Shown here piece by piece: positions 12,201 to 23,423 of a stretch of DNA of 64,000 nt. Under the pieces are notes generated by a model. It ran no database searches. It worked only from the letters and a program-made list of their open reading frames with translations, and was not told the origin of the DNA. Within the stretch, counting starts at the first letter, position 1. Each line of letters starts with the position of its first letter. This DNA comes from Sphaerodactylus townsendi (lineage: Eukaryota). The stretch covers positions 40,672,001 to 40,736,000 of the forward strand of contig NC_059428.1 in the NCBI RefSeq assembly GCF_021028975.2, given 5' to 3'. Made by a program: the position numbers and the translations under genes.

Positions 12201-13657
12201 GCTCTCAACCTCCAGCTCAGTCAGACTGATTGAAACAGGAGCCCCGGTGCTGTTGTTAGCCTTTTAAAGAGAAGAGGTTGGTGCTGGTAATAGCGATGCA
12301 GAAGATGCGCTCCGTTCCTATTGCAGGGCTTTTGTTTAAAGGGCACTGCAGCGTTGGCTTCCTAATCACAGATCCCGATGTGCTATCTTTGCACACCGGG
12401 AACTCAGGCAGGATTAGAGTTTTGTGGCAGGACGTGGACATCACAAACGCACTAGCTCCTGGGTGGCAGTTATAGCTGATCTGACTCTAAGGAAACTTAA
12501 CCATTTTTTCCCTCTGGGGAGGAGGAATGGGGGAAGTGAGTTCAATAGCTTGCCGGCCTCATCTTAGCCACCGGGTTTTAGAAAAGCTATTATAATAGAG
12601 ATAGCAAAAGACTTTGGGATGGATCAAGCCCCCCCCCCCCCCCACACACACACACCCGCAAGCAGAGATCAGAGATTTGGAAGTTTCAAAGGCTAGAAAG
12701 AACTCAGGAAAGAAGATCTTTGATCCAGGCTGACCTGTCAGTGGGTGGAGAAAGATTGAATAAAACTTCCGAGATCAAGACGGAAGCTCTCAGTTGGCTG
12801 GAACTCTCCAGAAGGGTAGTTTTAATTAATCACATTCATCATAAAAAATAAGGTGGAGTGACTTTCAAGTACTTTTTTTTTTTGCTTTGTACTTAACCAC
12901 ACCACAACTTCATTGGGAATTTCACTATTGTAAATGAAGCCTAAATAGCTTATGCAAATATAATACAGATATTTTCTATATCCACATGAGCTAGGTGCAT
13001 AAGGCTTTACTGTAGCTAGCCATATGCAAACTGTATTCATGAATGGTTTGCAATGGTGAAAAATACAGGCAAAAACTGCCACCTTCTGCCACTTTTTCAA
13101 AATGAACCCCCTAGAACCTAGCCTGTAGAATGGCCTACAGTAGCCCAGTTTTGATCCACTTGTGCAAAATATACAATTTTTCCCTGCAATCCACCTTGGA
13201 GCAACATTTCTTAAGTATTTCCCATATGATCCACAACATAGACTTCAACTTACCTAGGGGCTACTTAGATGTTTATACTCCTCTTTTCTCCCTAGTGGGG
13301 ATGTAAACACTGTCCTGTCCACCTCCATTTTATTCTAACATCCAAGTGAAGTAGACTATGCTGAAACAGTGCGAGTGGCCCAAAGTCACCCAGCAAGCTT
13401 TCATTGCACAGCAGGGATTTGGGCCTAGTCTGAGTAACTACTACACCATCTCTCTTATGACCTGTAGTCCTGTAATCTAATAAAAGATCTACACAATAAT
13501 CTGTACATGTATTTATCCTGCAGAAGGAAAAAGAAGGTGGATGCATGCATAAATACATAAAAGCAACAAAACTCGGATGAATTCTATTTGAGGAAGATAT
13601 TAGCTAATCCAATGAAGAAACCAATCCTGAAGGAAATATGTAAAATGTGGTATACAT

Positions 13658-13663
13658 TTTATT
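13658..13663 (-). terminator. Candidate TIPRL polyadenylation signal AATAAA
   Basis: Nearest canonical hexamer I could find downstream of the TIPRL stop (about 1.7-kb 3'UTR); no transcript evidence. Confidence 0.35.
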
Positions 13664-15359
13664 TAGTGACAGGTGGTCAGAGGTGTAAAACCATCACAAG
13701 TTTAATTAGTGAGCAGTAAGATGCATAGACTGGGGAACGGTCTCAAAAACGCTCATGAGTAGCTTCTCTGGGAATTGAGGGGGCAATCCAACTTTCTTTC
13801 ATTTCATTGAATTTTATGCAGTTGTTTCTAGATTGCATCCAGTTGCTGACTTGCCTTGGAAAAGGTACATAGGGCAAGATAAGAAAACCTCTTCCAGTGC
13901 TGTGCTACTAATTCAAATAGTGCCTCCCATCAAGCTGCTTTTTAAAAGCCACAGGAAACCTGATCGTTGCTCCTCTGGCACCTCATCTTGTTGAGCTCTC
14001 AGTGGCAAAGGGGAAAAAAATGAGCAACCCATTTCTTGGCCTCTTCTTTACACTGCTGTATAAAAATTATATCATGATACTAGAAAACTCCCAGTGCCAA
14101 AATCAAATCTGAACTTTACTGTTTCTAAATAAGTCATGATCTTAAATTATCTTCTAGAACCTCCCCAAATTTGGTGGCGAGAAGCAGTGGCTGTATGTTT
14201 TTTTTAAAAAAAAAACAATAAAACAAGTAAGAGAAGTTTTCCGTTGAGTGTGATCTGCTGTAGAGCAGAATAGACAAGCAAATGGAATGCAGGTTTTCAC
14301 CTGCTGGCAAACTGGCTTATTGGGAAAGCATGGAAGAAGAGCAGGAGAAGCAAAGGAAGAAGTGGAGTTTCATATTCAAAACTGCCTGGCTGAATGTTGG
14401 AACACAACTGAACAACCATTACAATCACATCAGGATGTGTTTATGTTACAGTGCAGGCCTAACATGCTTGCATTGGCCTATAGAGATGAGATGAAGTTAA
14501 TTACATACATTGATGTCCTTTATAATGGAAACAGCAGGTACATTTCCTATTCTACCACTGTAAACAATATAAACCCCTGGTATGTTTTGTTAATACCTCA
14601 GGTATTAGAGTATCAGGAATGTGGTATGGTGCAATCCACCTGAAACAATAGTCTACTCCTATCTAGCCCACTCCAAAACCATAGGATCAATACTGGTAGA
14701 AGGCAGGCAACATGGGATCCAAATGTGAATCGGTATTTGCCAAATTTTCTATGCAACTGTCTTGTTTTCTAGTTCTGTGAAATTTTTTTCTGGAAAGAAA
14801 CAGCATCTCTCGCATCTTTCTTATTTAGACAGCTCTCAAGCAACTAATGAAAAGGTGCCATACAAATGTATCCAAGGTTCACAGACCTACTAAGCACCAG
14901 TGAACCCTCCGGAAGCTGAGCCAATTAAACCTCACGAGGAAACAGAGTGTGTGCACTATACAATAGGGTCCTTCTACTACAGCCAAACACTATATTAAGT
15001 GCCAATGAGCCATTGGAGGTTGTGAATGGCTTGTTTTAAAAGGCCTTTGTCCTTTCTTCAAACCTAGAAAGCTTCAGCAGAGTTGCTCCTGATTTGAGGG
15101 CTTTTCAAATTCAGCTAAACTGGACATGAACTGGAGGTATCAGACAGCTCCAATAATTTGAAATAAAGAGACAATGAAAACACTGAAAAAGTCAGCATTG
15201 TGATTTTTTCTTCCCCAAGGCTACAGAAATATTTTTTCACACATACAAATAGATCCTGATCCAGCAAGTGGTGGCATCTTCAACGATGGTGGCCAAGAGA
15301 CTAGATAATCTCCCGAAGAAAGTCTGTTTCAAGTCCAAAAAAAAAATCAGATTTCACTT

Positions 15360-15494
15360 TTAAGTGTGTTCTGGTATTGCTGCAGATTCAGGACTCAAAT
15401 TCTCTGGAAATTCTAGCTTCTCATATACCGTCTCCTTCACAGGCAAATACTGAGCAATCTCATTCGGATCCGTGAACAGGGCTTGAGGAACATG
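15360..15494 (-). CDS. TIPRL: TIPRL coding exon 7 ([44 protein letters not shown])
   Basis: Poly-T AAG acceptor, TAA stop at 15362-15360. Confidence 0.94.
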   Translation of the reverse strand, partial: HVPQALFTDPNEIAQYLPVKETVYEKLEFPENLSPESAAIPEHT

Positions 15495-15754
15495 CTTAAA
15501 AAAGAAGACAGAAAAATTATACCAAACCAAACAAAGAAAACACAATAAAAAACGTACACTTTAGAGTGGAAAAGGGTAGAAAACTAAACACCCATTATTT
15601 TTCTTTAATCTCAAATTATTAAAAATGCAGAGTGGGGGGGGATGAATTGAAGGCTAGTCAGCATGTGCTTTTATTTTAATTAATGTGATGGGGGGGAGAG
15701 GCTAGATTTCTGGAAAACCACTGTTAAACCATTGCTGCCTCAACAGTTCCATCT

Positions 15755-16420
15755 TACGGGGCCCTGCAGAATTGCGTCAAGTTCCTAGGGCCAGGGTCTC
15801 ATCAGACAGGGCGTTCCACCAGGCTGGGGCCAGGGCCAAAAACACCTTGGCCCTGGGTTGAGATCAGCCAGATATCTTGCAGGCCAGGGATCACCAGTAG
15901 ATTGTTGTTCGCTGAACCTAGTGCTCTTGGGGGACATATTGGGAGAGGTGGTCCCATGTATACAATGGCCCTAGACCACTTAGGGTTTTAAAGATAAGCA
16001 ACATATATGCTGGAATATGCTGCCACAGGAGGTGGTGATGGCCACTAACCTGGATAGCTTTAAAAAGGGCTTGGACAGATTTATGGAGGAGAAGTCGACC
16101 TATGGCTACCAATCTTGATCCGAGTTTGCAAATGCCTTAGCAGACTAGGTGCTTGGGAGCAGCAGCAGCAGAAGGCCATTGCTTTCACATCGTGCATGTG
16201 AGCTCCCAAAGGCATCTGGTGGGCCACTGCGAGTAGCAGAGTGGACTAGTTGGACTTTGGTCTGATCCAGAAAGCTCTTCCTTATGTTCTTAACAGGACC
16301 TTGAACAGAATTTGGGAATCCACCAGAAGCCATTGGAACTGACTGGTTGGATGTGCATCTGTCATGAGGTCCCTGTAAGGACCCCCCCGCTGCATTTTGC
16401 ACCAGCTGCAGTAGATCCAC
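15755..16420 (-). mobile_element. L2-like LINE fragment, interrupted by a CR1 3' end
   Basis: LQLVQNAA and LIFKTLSGLGPLY..DHL motifs on the minus strand. Confidence 0.7.
16011..16292 (+). mobile_element. CR1 LINE 3' end (5'-truncated)
   Basis: WNMLPQEVVMATNLDSFKKGLDRFMEEK, then a 3'UTR ending GGTCTGATCCAG...CTTATGTTCTTA. Confidence 0.85.
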
Positions 16421-16612
16421 AGGCAGCCCTGCAAATGATTATTTAAGTGCTTGTACCTTTCATTAGGAACGTGTTAATATTAATTGCTGGGTGGGGAGCA
16501 GGGAAGGGCAGTAAATGCTGGTAGCATTTGTCAGAGTGTCCACAGAAAGTAATTTGTTCCAGGAAAGTGCCAACGCTGACAGAAAAAACAACCATACTTA
16601 AAATGTTAATAC

Positions 16613-16675
16613 CATTAAACTTGATACTTTGCTTTCCCTAGATGTGTATTCCCGCAACATGTAGCGTTTGTCAGC
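16613..16675 (-). CDS. TIPRL: TIPRL coding exon 6 (ADKRYMLREYTSRESKVSSLM)
   Basis: 63 nt, phase 0-0. Confidence 0.94.
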
Positions 16676-17184
16676 CTAGTAAAAAGAAAGTAAGTTGAAA
16701 CGTAACTGCATGGTCATGTAACATTCTTCATGCATTGAAAGTTAAAAGAAATAAAGACTTTAAAACAAGCTTGTCAGCTCAACAATGAGAGTAAGACTTG
16801 AGCAATTTTCTTTCATTGTAGCAATTTCAATTTAGTCTAAACCATCATCCGGTGCATCGCACAAACTTTTATCTTAAACACCTGTTACTAGTTCCACTGA
16901 AAATTCTGACTCTTGATGTTACACAGCCTCTAAACTTAAGAAGCAACGACCCAGTGTTACTGGATCTATGGGCTCAAGGACCATCTTGAACCAGACAAGA
17001 TGTGGTACAAATAATATTCAAACTTTGTCTAAATTTGGTAGCATGGTGTTCAACAGATACTTGATAAATGTTAAGGTATTTCTGCTAGTAAAACGTGAAT
17101 CAACTTATAGTATTGTATTGATGGCTACACCATAACTCATTCTCAGCACCCAAAGTTTTATTGGAGCAAAGAATACAAGAAGCT

Positions 17185-17897
17185 GACTGTTTTGGTTTTC
17201 TGGGCTGTGTGCCTATGGCCAGGAACCATGACCAGCCTCTAAAGATGCCATCCACAGATGCAGATAAAATGTTAGGAGCTAAAACTACCAGACTACAACC
17301 ACACAGCCTGGAAAACCCACAACAGATAGTTGATTCCAGCCAGAGGTGGGATGCAGCCTATTCTCACCTATTTGGTAGAATCGGTTATTAAAATTTTCTC
17401 AGTTCAGAGAACCGGTTGTTAATGATTAACTCCACTAGGGACAAGGGGGTAATCTTTGTCCCTGGGTACAACAAATCTCATCAAGTGGGAAATGCAAAAT
17501 TGCGGCCCCCTTCCCCCCATGGCACCCACCCCTTCCCCCCACCTCACAGCACCCACCCCCACCCCCACACACTTACCTTCATTTCAGAGCAAGATGCGAA
17601 GTGGCAGACAATCCCTAACTTGTCTTTTTTCTGCAGCCAATAGCTTTTGCCCTTTACAAAAAATGGCTACAGTAATAGCCAAGTAAAAGGGAACTGCACC
17701 TGCGTCCTTGCCACAGCCCTGCCCAGGAATGCCCCGCCCCCAGTGGAATGCTTTCGCCTCTCTGCCCCTTCTGCCATGTTCCTCTCACCCAGCCCCATTG
17801 GCGCTACGCCACTGTTTGAATCCCACCACCATCGGAACCTGTTATTAAAATTTTTGGATCCCACCACTGATTCCAGCCATGTAAGCCTTCAACAATG
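17185..17897 (+). mobile_element. Penelope-derived short repeat split by a hAT MITE
   Basis: GGTTTTCTGGGCTGTGTG ... CACACAGCCTGGAAAACC inverted ends; CTAAAGATGCC.CCACAGATGCAG hammerhead-like remnant. Confidence 0.55.
17341..17869. mobile_element. hAT-type MITE
   Basis: Perfect 8-bp TSD ATTCCAGC; terminal repeats CAGAGGTGGGAT / ATCCCACCACTG. Confidence 0.92.
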
Positions 17898-18102
17898 CTC
17901 TACAAGAAGCATTCCGTAGGAAGGATAATCGAAAATCTACTCAAGCTAGCCAGGAAATTACAAAGAAGTAACTAGCAGTTGCCTTGTCTATTATGAAGTT
18001 ACTGTACCAAAGCCACAAACATGGAACAACACACACTAGGGACGCTAAGGTGTACATGCTTATTCCATCCAGGAGAAAACAGGCATGATAAGACTTCCTC
18101 AC

Positions 18103-18198
18103 CTCGTGGTAAAGCCGTGTGTCATTCATCCGGATAAGAACACCATCGACTCGCAGGAAAAACCTCAGCAGAACAAAGAAGCTTGAAGGCATCACTCT
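18103..18198 (-). CDS. TIPRL: TIPRL coding exon 5 ([32 protein letters not shown])
   Basis: 96 nt, CAG acceptor and GTGAG donor. Confidence 0.97.
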
Positions 18199-19084
18199 CT
18201 GCCAAATATAGTAAAATTGATTTGCACTTGCCTCATTTTGCTTATCAATATTTATCTAGTTCAGCAAAACAGTAAACATTGTATAATCACATTAGTCGAT
18301 AACAGCGATTTTGCAACAATCTCTCAAACTTAACAGCTGATTCTTCTATTTTTTTGTAGAAACATTCAACTAACAGAGACATTTGTGAGCAAAGAGAAAA
18401 GGGAAAAATGTTATGGGCCAGTAAGCTGTAGACTTGTTTACAAATATCTTCAGTACTGAAGAATATCTCCATTGAATACTCCCTTGGCAATATCAGTTTC
18501 CTTGATTCAGACCACAATCTGATACACACTTACAATGGGAGTAGGTCTTACTGAACTCCACTGGCTGAACTGGGTTAATGTTTCTTTTCTTAATTATGAA
18601 AATTGTAAAAATCAGATAATGACTGAATTATCAGAATATTTTAATATTTTAGTGAATGGGGTGCTTGTAAAGTTTATATTAGAGTGAAAACCACTGCATA
18701 TGCTTCTCAGAAGAAGCTTAAAGAAATGAAGGAAAAAACAGTGTAAGATAGATTACAATATCTTTGGAGCCAGTTTGGCTGTCTCCCACACCAGACCTTT
18801 ATCGAGAATTGCAAAAAATTAAATATGAACTAAATAATATACTATCACTGAAAGCAGAATATGCTCTAACTTGTTTGTGCCAGTAATATTGGGAAAGTGG
18901 TGAGAAACCAGGTAAAATTCTAGCACATCATTTAAGACAGCAAAAGAATAAGAACTATATTCCTTTGATCAAATATCAAAACAATATAATACATCCTGCC
19001 TCTCGTGAAATAAATTGACAATTCTGTATTTTTCTAAATTGTATTGTAAAGACAAAACATTTACAGAAAAAAATTGAAAAAATA

Positions 19085-19460
19085 TTTTTCTCACACATTG
19101 ATCTTCTCTGTTTAGATGTTACTCAGCAACAGATTCTTGTGGAGTCTTTATGCATGGGCAAAATCATGGCAGTGATAAGGAATATGAATAATGGCAAATC
19201 TCCAGGACCAGATGGGTTGCCCACTGAATGGTCCAAAACCTTTGCAGATGTCAGAAGCATCCTTCAAGCATATGCTTTGGGAATATAATGTCATTTGGTT
19301 TTTCTGGGAAGAAATTATTACTCATATCCATTTTGTATTAGAATATTCACTGGTTTTAAAGGATATCTGAGTATTTTTAAACCATTTGTCTGTCTTTTGG
19401 AGACTAACCAATGGTCAACGAAAATGGACATTCTGTGCCCTTCCTAAAGCTCAAAAGCAC
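19085..19460 (+). mobile_element. L1/Tx1-like ORF2 remnant, internally deleted
   Basis: NNGKSPGPDGLPTEWSKTF, followed closely by the C-terminal HMLWE...FWEEI motif. Confidence 0.65.
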
Positions 19461-19945
19461 AAATTACATAATAAAAGGCCCCCTGAACACATGGCATATA
19501 TAGTAATTGTGCATGGATTTATTTTTAAAAATTTGGAAACCATTTATAGAATTTTATGTGTAGATTTACCACAACTGTTATATTTTTGTCTCTCTCTGTG
19601 TGTGTATTTTGTTTTCTCGGGGGGGGGGGGGGTTGAGGGAAATTTTTTTTCCCTGGGGCTTTTTTTCACAACACTTCATATGCCAAATATTTCCTGCTCC
19701 AATGTCTTATACAAAGGTAACCTCAACATTTCTGTCAAGCCACAGGGGTCTCCATAAACCAAACAAGAAAAAAGAAACTAGACATTTTAAAGGAACAGTT
19801 CCAAACAATTTGTTCACCTGAATTGCTTTAACTGAGGAAAAACTGAAAATGTAGATGTGGGCGCTGCATCATTTTTTTCCCTTTTCAGATGAGTTCTAAA
19901 AACTTTTTCTACTTCAAGAAAACATGCAAAAGTAACCAAGCTCAC

Positions 19946-20077
19946 TATTTTGACACTGAGGCTTGAGACTCCATGATCATGAAGTTCATCTTCAAACAGC
20001 AGCACTTCTTCAAAGAACATGATCTGTTCCCTGGCTTTTAATTTCTCTGTGTCTATATGGTCGGTTGTGGCAGAAAC
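19946..20077 (-). CDS. TIPRL: TIPRL coding exon 4 ([14 protein letters not shown]...[17 protein letters not shown])
   Basis: 132 nt, motif [15 protein letters not shown] donor. Confidence 0.97.
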
Positions 20078-20124
20078 CTGGGGGAAAGTATACAATGTTA
20101 GTTGAACAATTTATGAAGCTCCCT

Positions 20125-20320
20125 TAAGCTGAAATCAGACCATTGGTCAGTCAAGAGCAAAACTGTCCACTCTGACTGGCAGCAGCTCTTCAAGATCTCT
20201 GGTAGAGGTCTTTCACATACCTACAACTGGATCAATCTGACTGGAAATTCCGGGGATTGAACCTTAGTTCCTCTGCGTGCCAAGCAGATGCTTTACCACT
20301 CAGTCACAGCCCCTCCCCTA
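20125..20320 (-). mobile_element. tRNA-derived SINE, second family (another copy at 39030-39220)
   Basis: Minus strand has A box TGACTGAGTGGTAAAGCA and B box GGTTCAATCCCC. Confidence 0.65.
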
Positions 20321-20423
20321 TAAGCTGTGCTCTTCTGTGTTCTCTTCTAACAGCAAACAGTTGTTAAAGACCATGTTCAAATTGCAAGATGATGAATGAT
20401 CAAAAGGAGAATGGTAAATTTAC

Positions 20424-20523
20424 CTTTAACTTTAATGTATCACCCAGCAGTGTTCCTTTATAATCTGTTGTATAAGTCCAATCATATGGCTTAACAACCT
20501 CCTTTGTGTGTTCTGGCTCAGAT
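20424..20523 (-). CDS. TIPRL: TIPRL coding exon 3 ([33 protein letters not shown])
   Basis: 100 nt, motif [13 protein letters not shown]. Confidence 0.96.
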
Positions 20524-20870
20524 CTGAAGGAAAACAATAGACAGCTTTGTAGCATGTCAAATACAGAACAAGATGAAGACTACGTCCGCAAATCTATGGT
20601 GCCCCCAGCTTTCAGTATACATGGATCTCCCTCATTTTATTATTACAACAAACGTATGTGATAGACTAGGCAATGTGTGAGGTTGGCCCAATCACCCTCT
20701 TTAACACAGTTACCATTTGATTCTAGATTTTACAGATATACTTTAACCAACACACCACACTAGCATTAAGGACAGATAATTGCATTTTTATCATTTTCCT
20801 GTTAGAAACATAATGGTGCTCCCTGTACAATGGTGCTGTGTGTACAATACCAATAATTTTATGTTATTAC

Positions 20871-21050
20871 CTGCTTTCTTGCCATTCTTCTGCACAGGCA
20901 ACTTTAACCATGCCTTGAGAGTTATTTACACATCTTAATGCATCAACTGCATTGAACTCAATTCCAAACTGAGACTCGTGTTGAATTTTTAAGACATTGT
21001 CTCCAAACATCATTTCTGGAACACAAGGCATGTGCAGTTCTTCAGCTAGT
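20871..21050 (-). CDS. TIPRL: TIPRL coding exon 2 ([20 protein letters not shown]...ACAEEWQES)
   Basis: 180 nt, phase 2-2, TIP41 motif PEMMFGDN. Confidence 0.96.
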
Positions 21051-22089
21051 CTGAAGGGGGGAAAGGAGATGACAGCAACAAAAAAAATTATAGTCCACCT
21101 TTTCTTACATAGACTACTACTTATTGAACTCTATATTTTTCATTCCAAACAATATTATAATTTTTGTATCTAATACAGAATATGCTGACAAGGAGTCAGT
21201 TCCATTTATTCAAGATGAAATTAACAATAGAAGGACATCCCCGCCCCCAACAAAATTAGATACCTCTTTCACATTACCATTTTCTCACATCATTTCCACT
21301 TAATGTGGGAATCAATATGAAATCAAAATGAGAATCCCATGTACACTGAGACTTTAGAGTTTTCTCACATACAATGAGAAACACACACACACAAAGCTAC
21401 AAGTTATAATCTACATGTCTGTTTCCCAGAAACTTCACAGCACGTCAAGTCATTCTAACACAAGAGAAAACCTTAATTACACACACCAAACGATTAACTG
21501 AGAACAGATGAAATTTTTTTTGCAGTAACCCATAGGACATAAACTCAGTTACAGTAAAACCCTCCCAAGCCATATATTACCATTAATAAAGCACTAAGGG
21601 GTGGAATGTCCAACGACGAACCCCCCACTAATATGCTCCCTTATTGGTGGAGGGTTCGTCGTCCGACATTCCATCCCTGCCCTGGAGTAGGGGCACCAAA
21701 AGCCCCTTCGGCCCCCTAGAAAATCCTCCCAGCCGCTATCTCCTCCACCACCCCCACCCCCACCCCCACCCCAATCTAGGCCTGCTGTATTTCTTACTCT
21801 ACAGCTAGCTTTACTGATTTACTGGTAGTACATATATACACACCGGGGGGGGGGGGGGGGCCCCTTCTATTGAAAGGTATTCTCCACTAATGCTATGGGC
21901 TAACTGAATTAACTGTTGTTGCTGCTGTTATTTTTGCCACTGCCAGGGTCCCCCAGCCCTTCCGCAATACAGATCTCTGCAGATTTGGGGCTCCAGAATT
22001 AAAAGCAATCAAAAATTAAAATGCAAAGGAAAAGGCTCTGGGTAGCCATCGCACAGTCGTCCACGTAAGAGCAGCGCCCCATCTCCCAC

Positions 22090-22190
22090 CTCTCGGCCTC
22101 AGCCGATTTCATGATGTGGGTCCGAGCGGCGGTGAGCTTCCAGGGCCCGAACGCGAAGTCGCGCCGGCTGCTTTTGAAGGCGGGCATCAT
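22090..22190 (-). CDS. TIPRL: TIPRL coding exon 1 ([34 protein letters not shown])
   Basis: ATG at 22190, GTGGG donor, CpG island. Confidence 0.93.
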
Positions 22191-22450
22191 GATTGCGGCG
22201 GCGACGGAGCAAGCATAGATCTCTGTATATGGAACAAACACCCTCACCCCCGGAAAGCACTATACCAGATTCCTACTCAAAACAGTGGCAACCACCACAG
22301 GAAGAACTCTTTCCGTTTCCGGTGACATCTCTATGGCTCTTGAACGAGACTTCCGGTCTTGGTGTAATTAGAATAATCCCACGTGGGCTGGACAATCGCG
22401 GAGGGATTAGATTAGTTTTAACGTGAACACTCAAGTAAAGCGGGACGAAT
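22191..22450 (-). promoter_or_regulatory. TIPRL CpG-rich promoter with ETS-type (CCGGAA) sites and a CACGTG E-box
   Basis: TTTCCGG near 22316, ACTTCCGG near 22349, CCCACGTGGG at 22378-22387; CpG-rich. Confidence 0.6.
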
Positions 22451-23116
22451 TGAAAACTTCAATTTGTTGCAGTTCTTCGAAATGATCGTATGCTGCCTCT
22501 TCCAACTTTGAGACTTCTAGAAGCTCGACTAAAACACAAAGTCAGAAAAGGCTTGAATGCTGAGGAATGCTTCGCCTGTTGAATGCCTTCTTTGACATAT
22601 TTATACCTAACTTTTGAGCTAGAAGGGCCCCCAGAGGAGCCGTGTGTGAAGCAAGGCGACATGCAAGAAACATAATCATTAAAACAGTCTTAATTTACGA
22701 TTTTAAAATTTGGTTTTATATTTTTATACTCTATTTTATGTAACTGTTTTATTAGTGTTCTAAGATGAATTGAGCTCCATAAAGAAGAAAGGCGGTTAAT
22801 AAATATTTTAAATAAAATGAAGAAATAAATAGTAAACACAGTTTGAAAATTGCCGAAATGTACTGTTCTAGTTTGATCCCCCCCCCCCCCATATCATAAA
22901 TGTGACATCTGTTCAAACCGTACAGATTACTGACAATGCAGTGGACTTAGGAGAGTGCAGCTCTGTTTAGGATTCCACTGCAGCACTGTAATTTAGGCGA
23001 CATTGTGGTACAGGGAGTATACCAAAAGATAAGAAGCCCCCACCCCTGCCACCAAAAAGTACCCAGAAACATTCAGGGAGGAAACCTCCCCCTCCCCCCC
23101 CCCATTTTTCCCACAA

Positions 23117-23423
23117 AGCACAGTGTAGTGGTTAAGAGCAAATAGACTCTAATCTGGAGAAGTGGCTTTGATTCTCCACTCTTCCAGATGAGTGGTGGAC
23201 TCTTATCTGGTGAACTGGGTTTGCTTCCACACTCCTACATTGTTGCTAGGTGACCTGAGGCCTGTCACAGTTCATTCAAAACTTTCTTAGCCCCACCCAC
23301 CCCCTTCCATATCACAGAGCATCTGTTGTGGGGAGAAGGAGGGAAATGAGTTTGTAAACTGCCTTGAGTGTCCTTACAGGAGATAAAGGCGGGAGGGTAT
23401 AAATCCAAACTCCTATTCTATTC
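23117..23423 (+). mobile_element. tRNA-derived SINE (Squam3-like)
   Basis: GTGTAGTGGTTAAGAGC head, TATAAATCCAAACTC tail; homologous to 36651-36944. Confidence 0.8.

Larger units (their letters stand above)
15360..22190 (-). other. TIPRL: TIPRL gene span (TIP41-like PP2A regulator), 7 coding exons, 268 aa
   Basis: Exon lengths 101+180+100+132+96+63+135 = 807 nt, open frame to TAA, all introns GT-AG; matches recalled human TIPRL throughout. Confidence 0.97.

Noticed and set aside
12400-12800. LTR acting next to the SFT2D2 promoter
   Set aside because: It has an AATAAA and a TG start, but I could not define the ends or a TSD, so it is not supportable.
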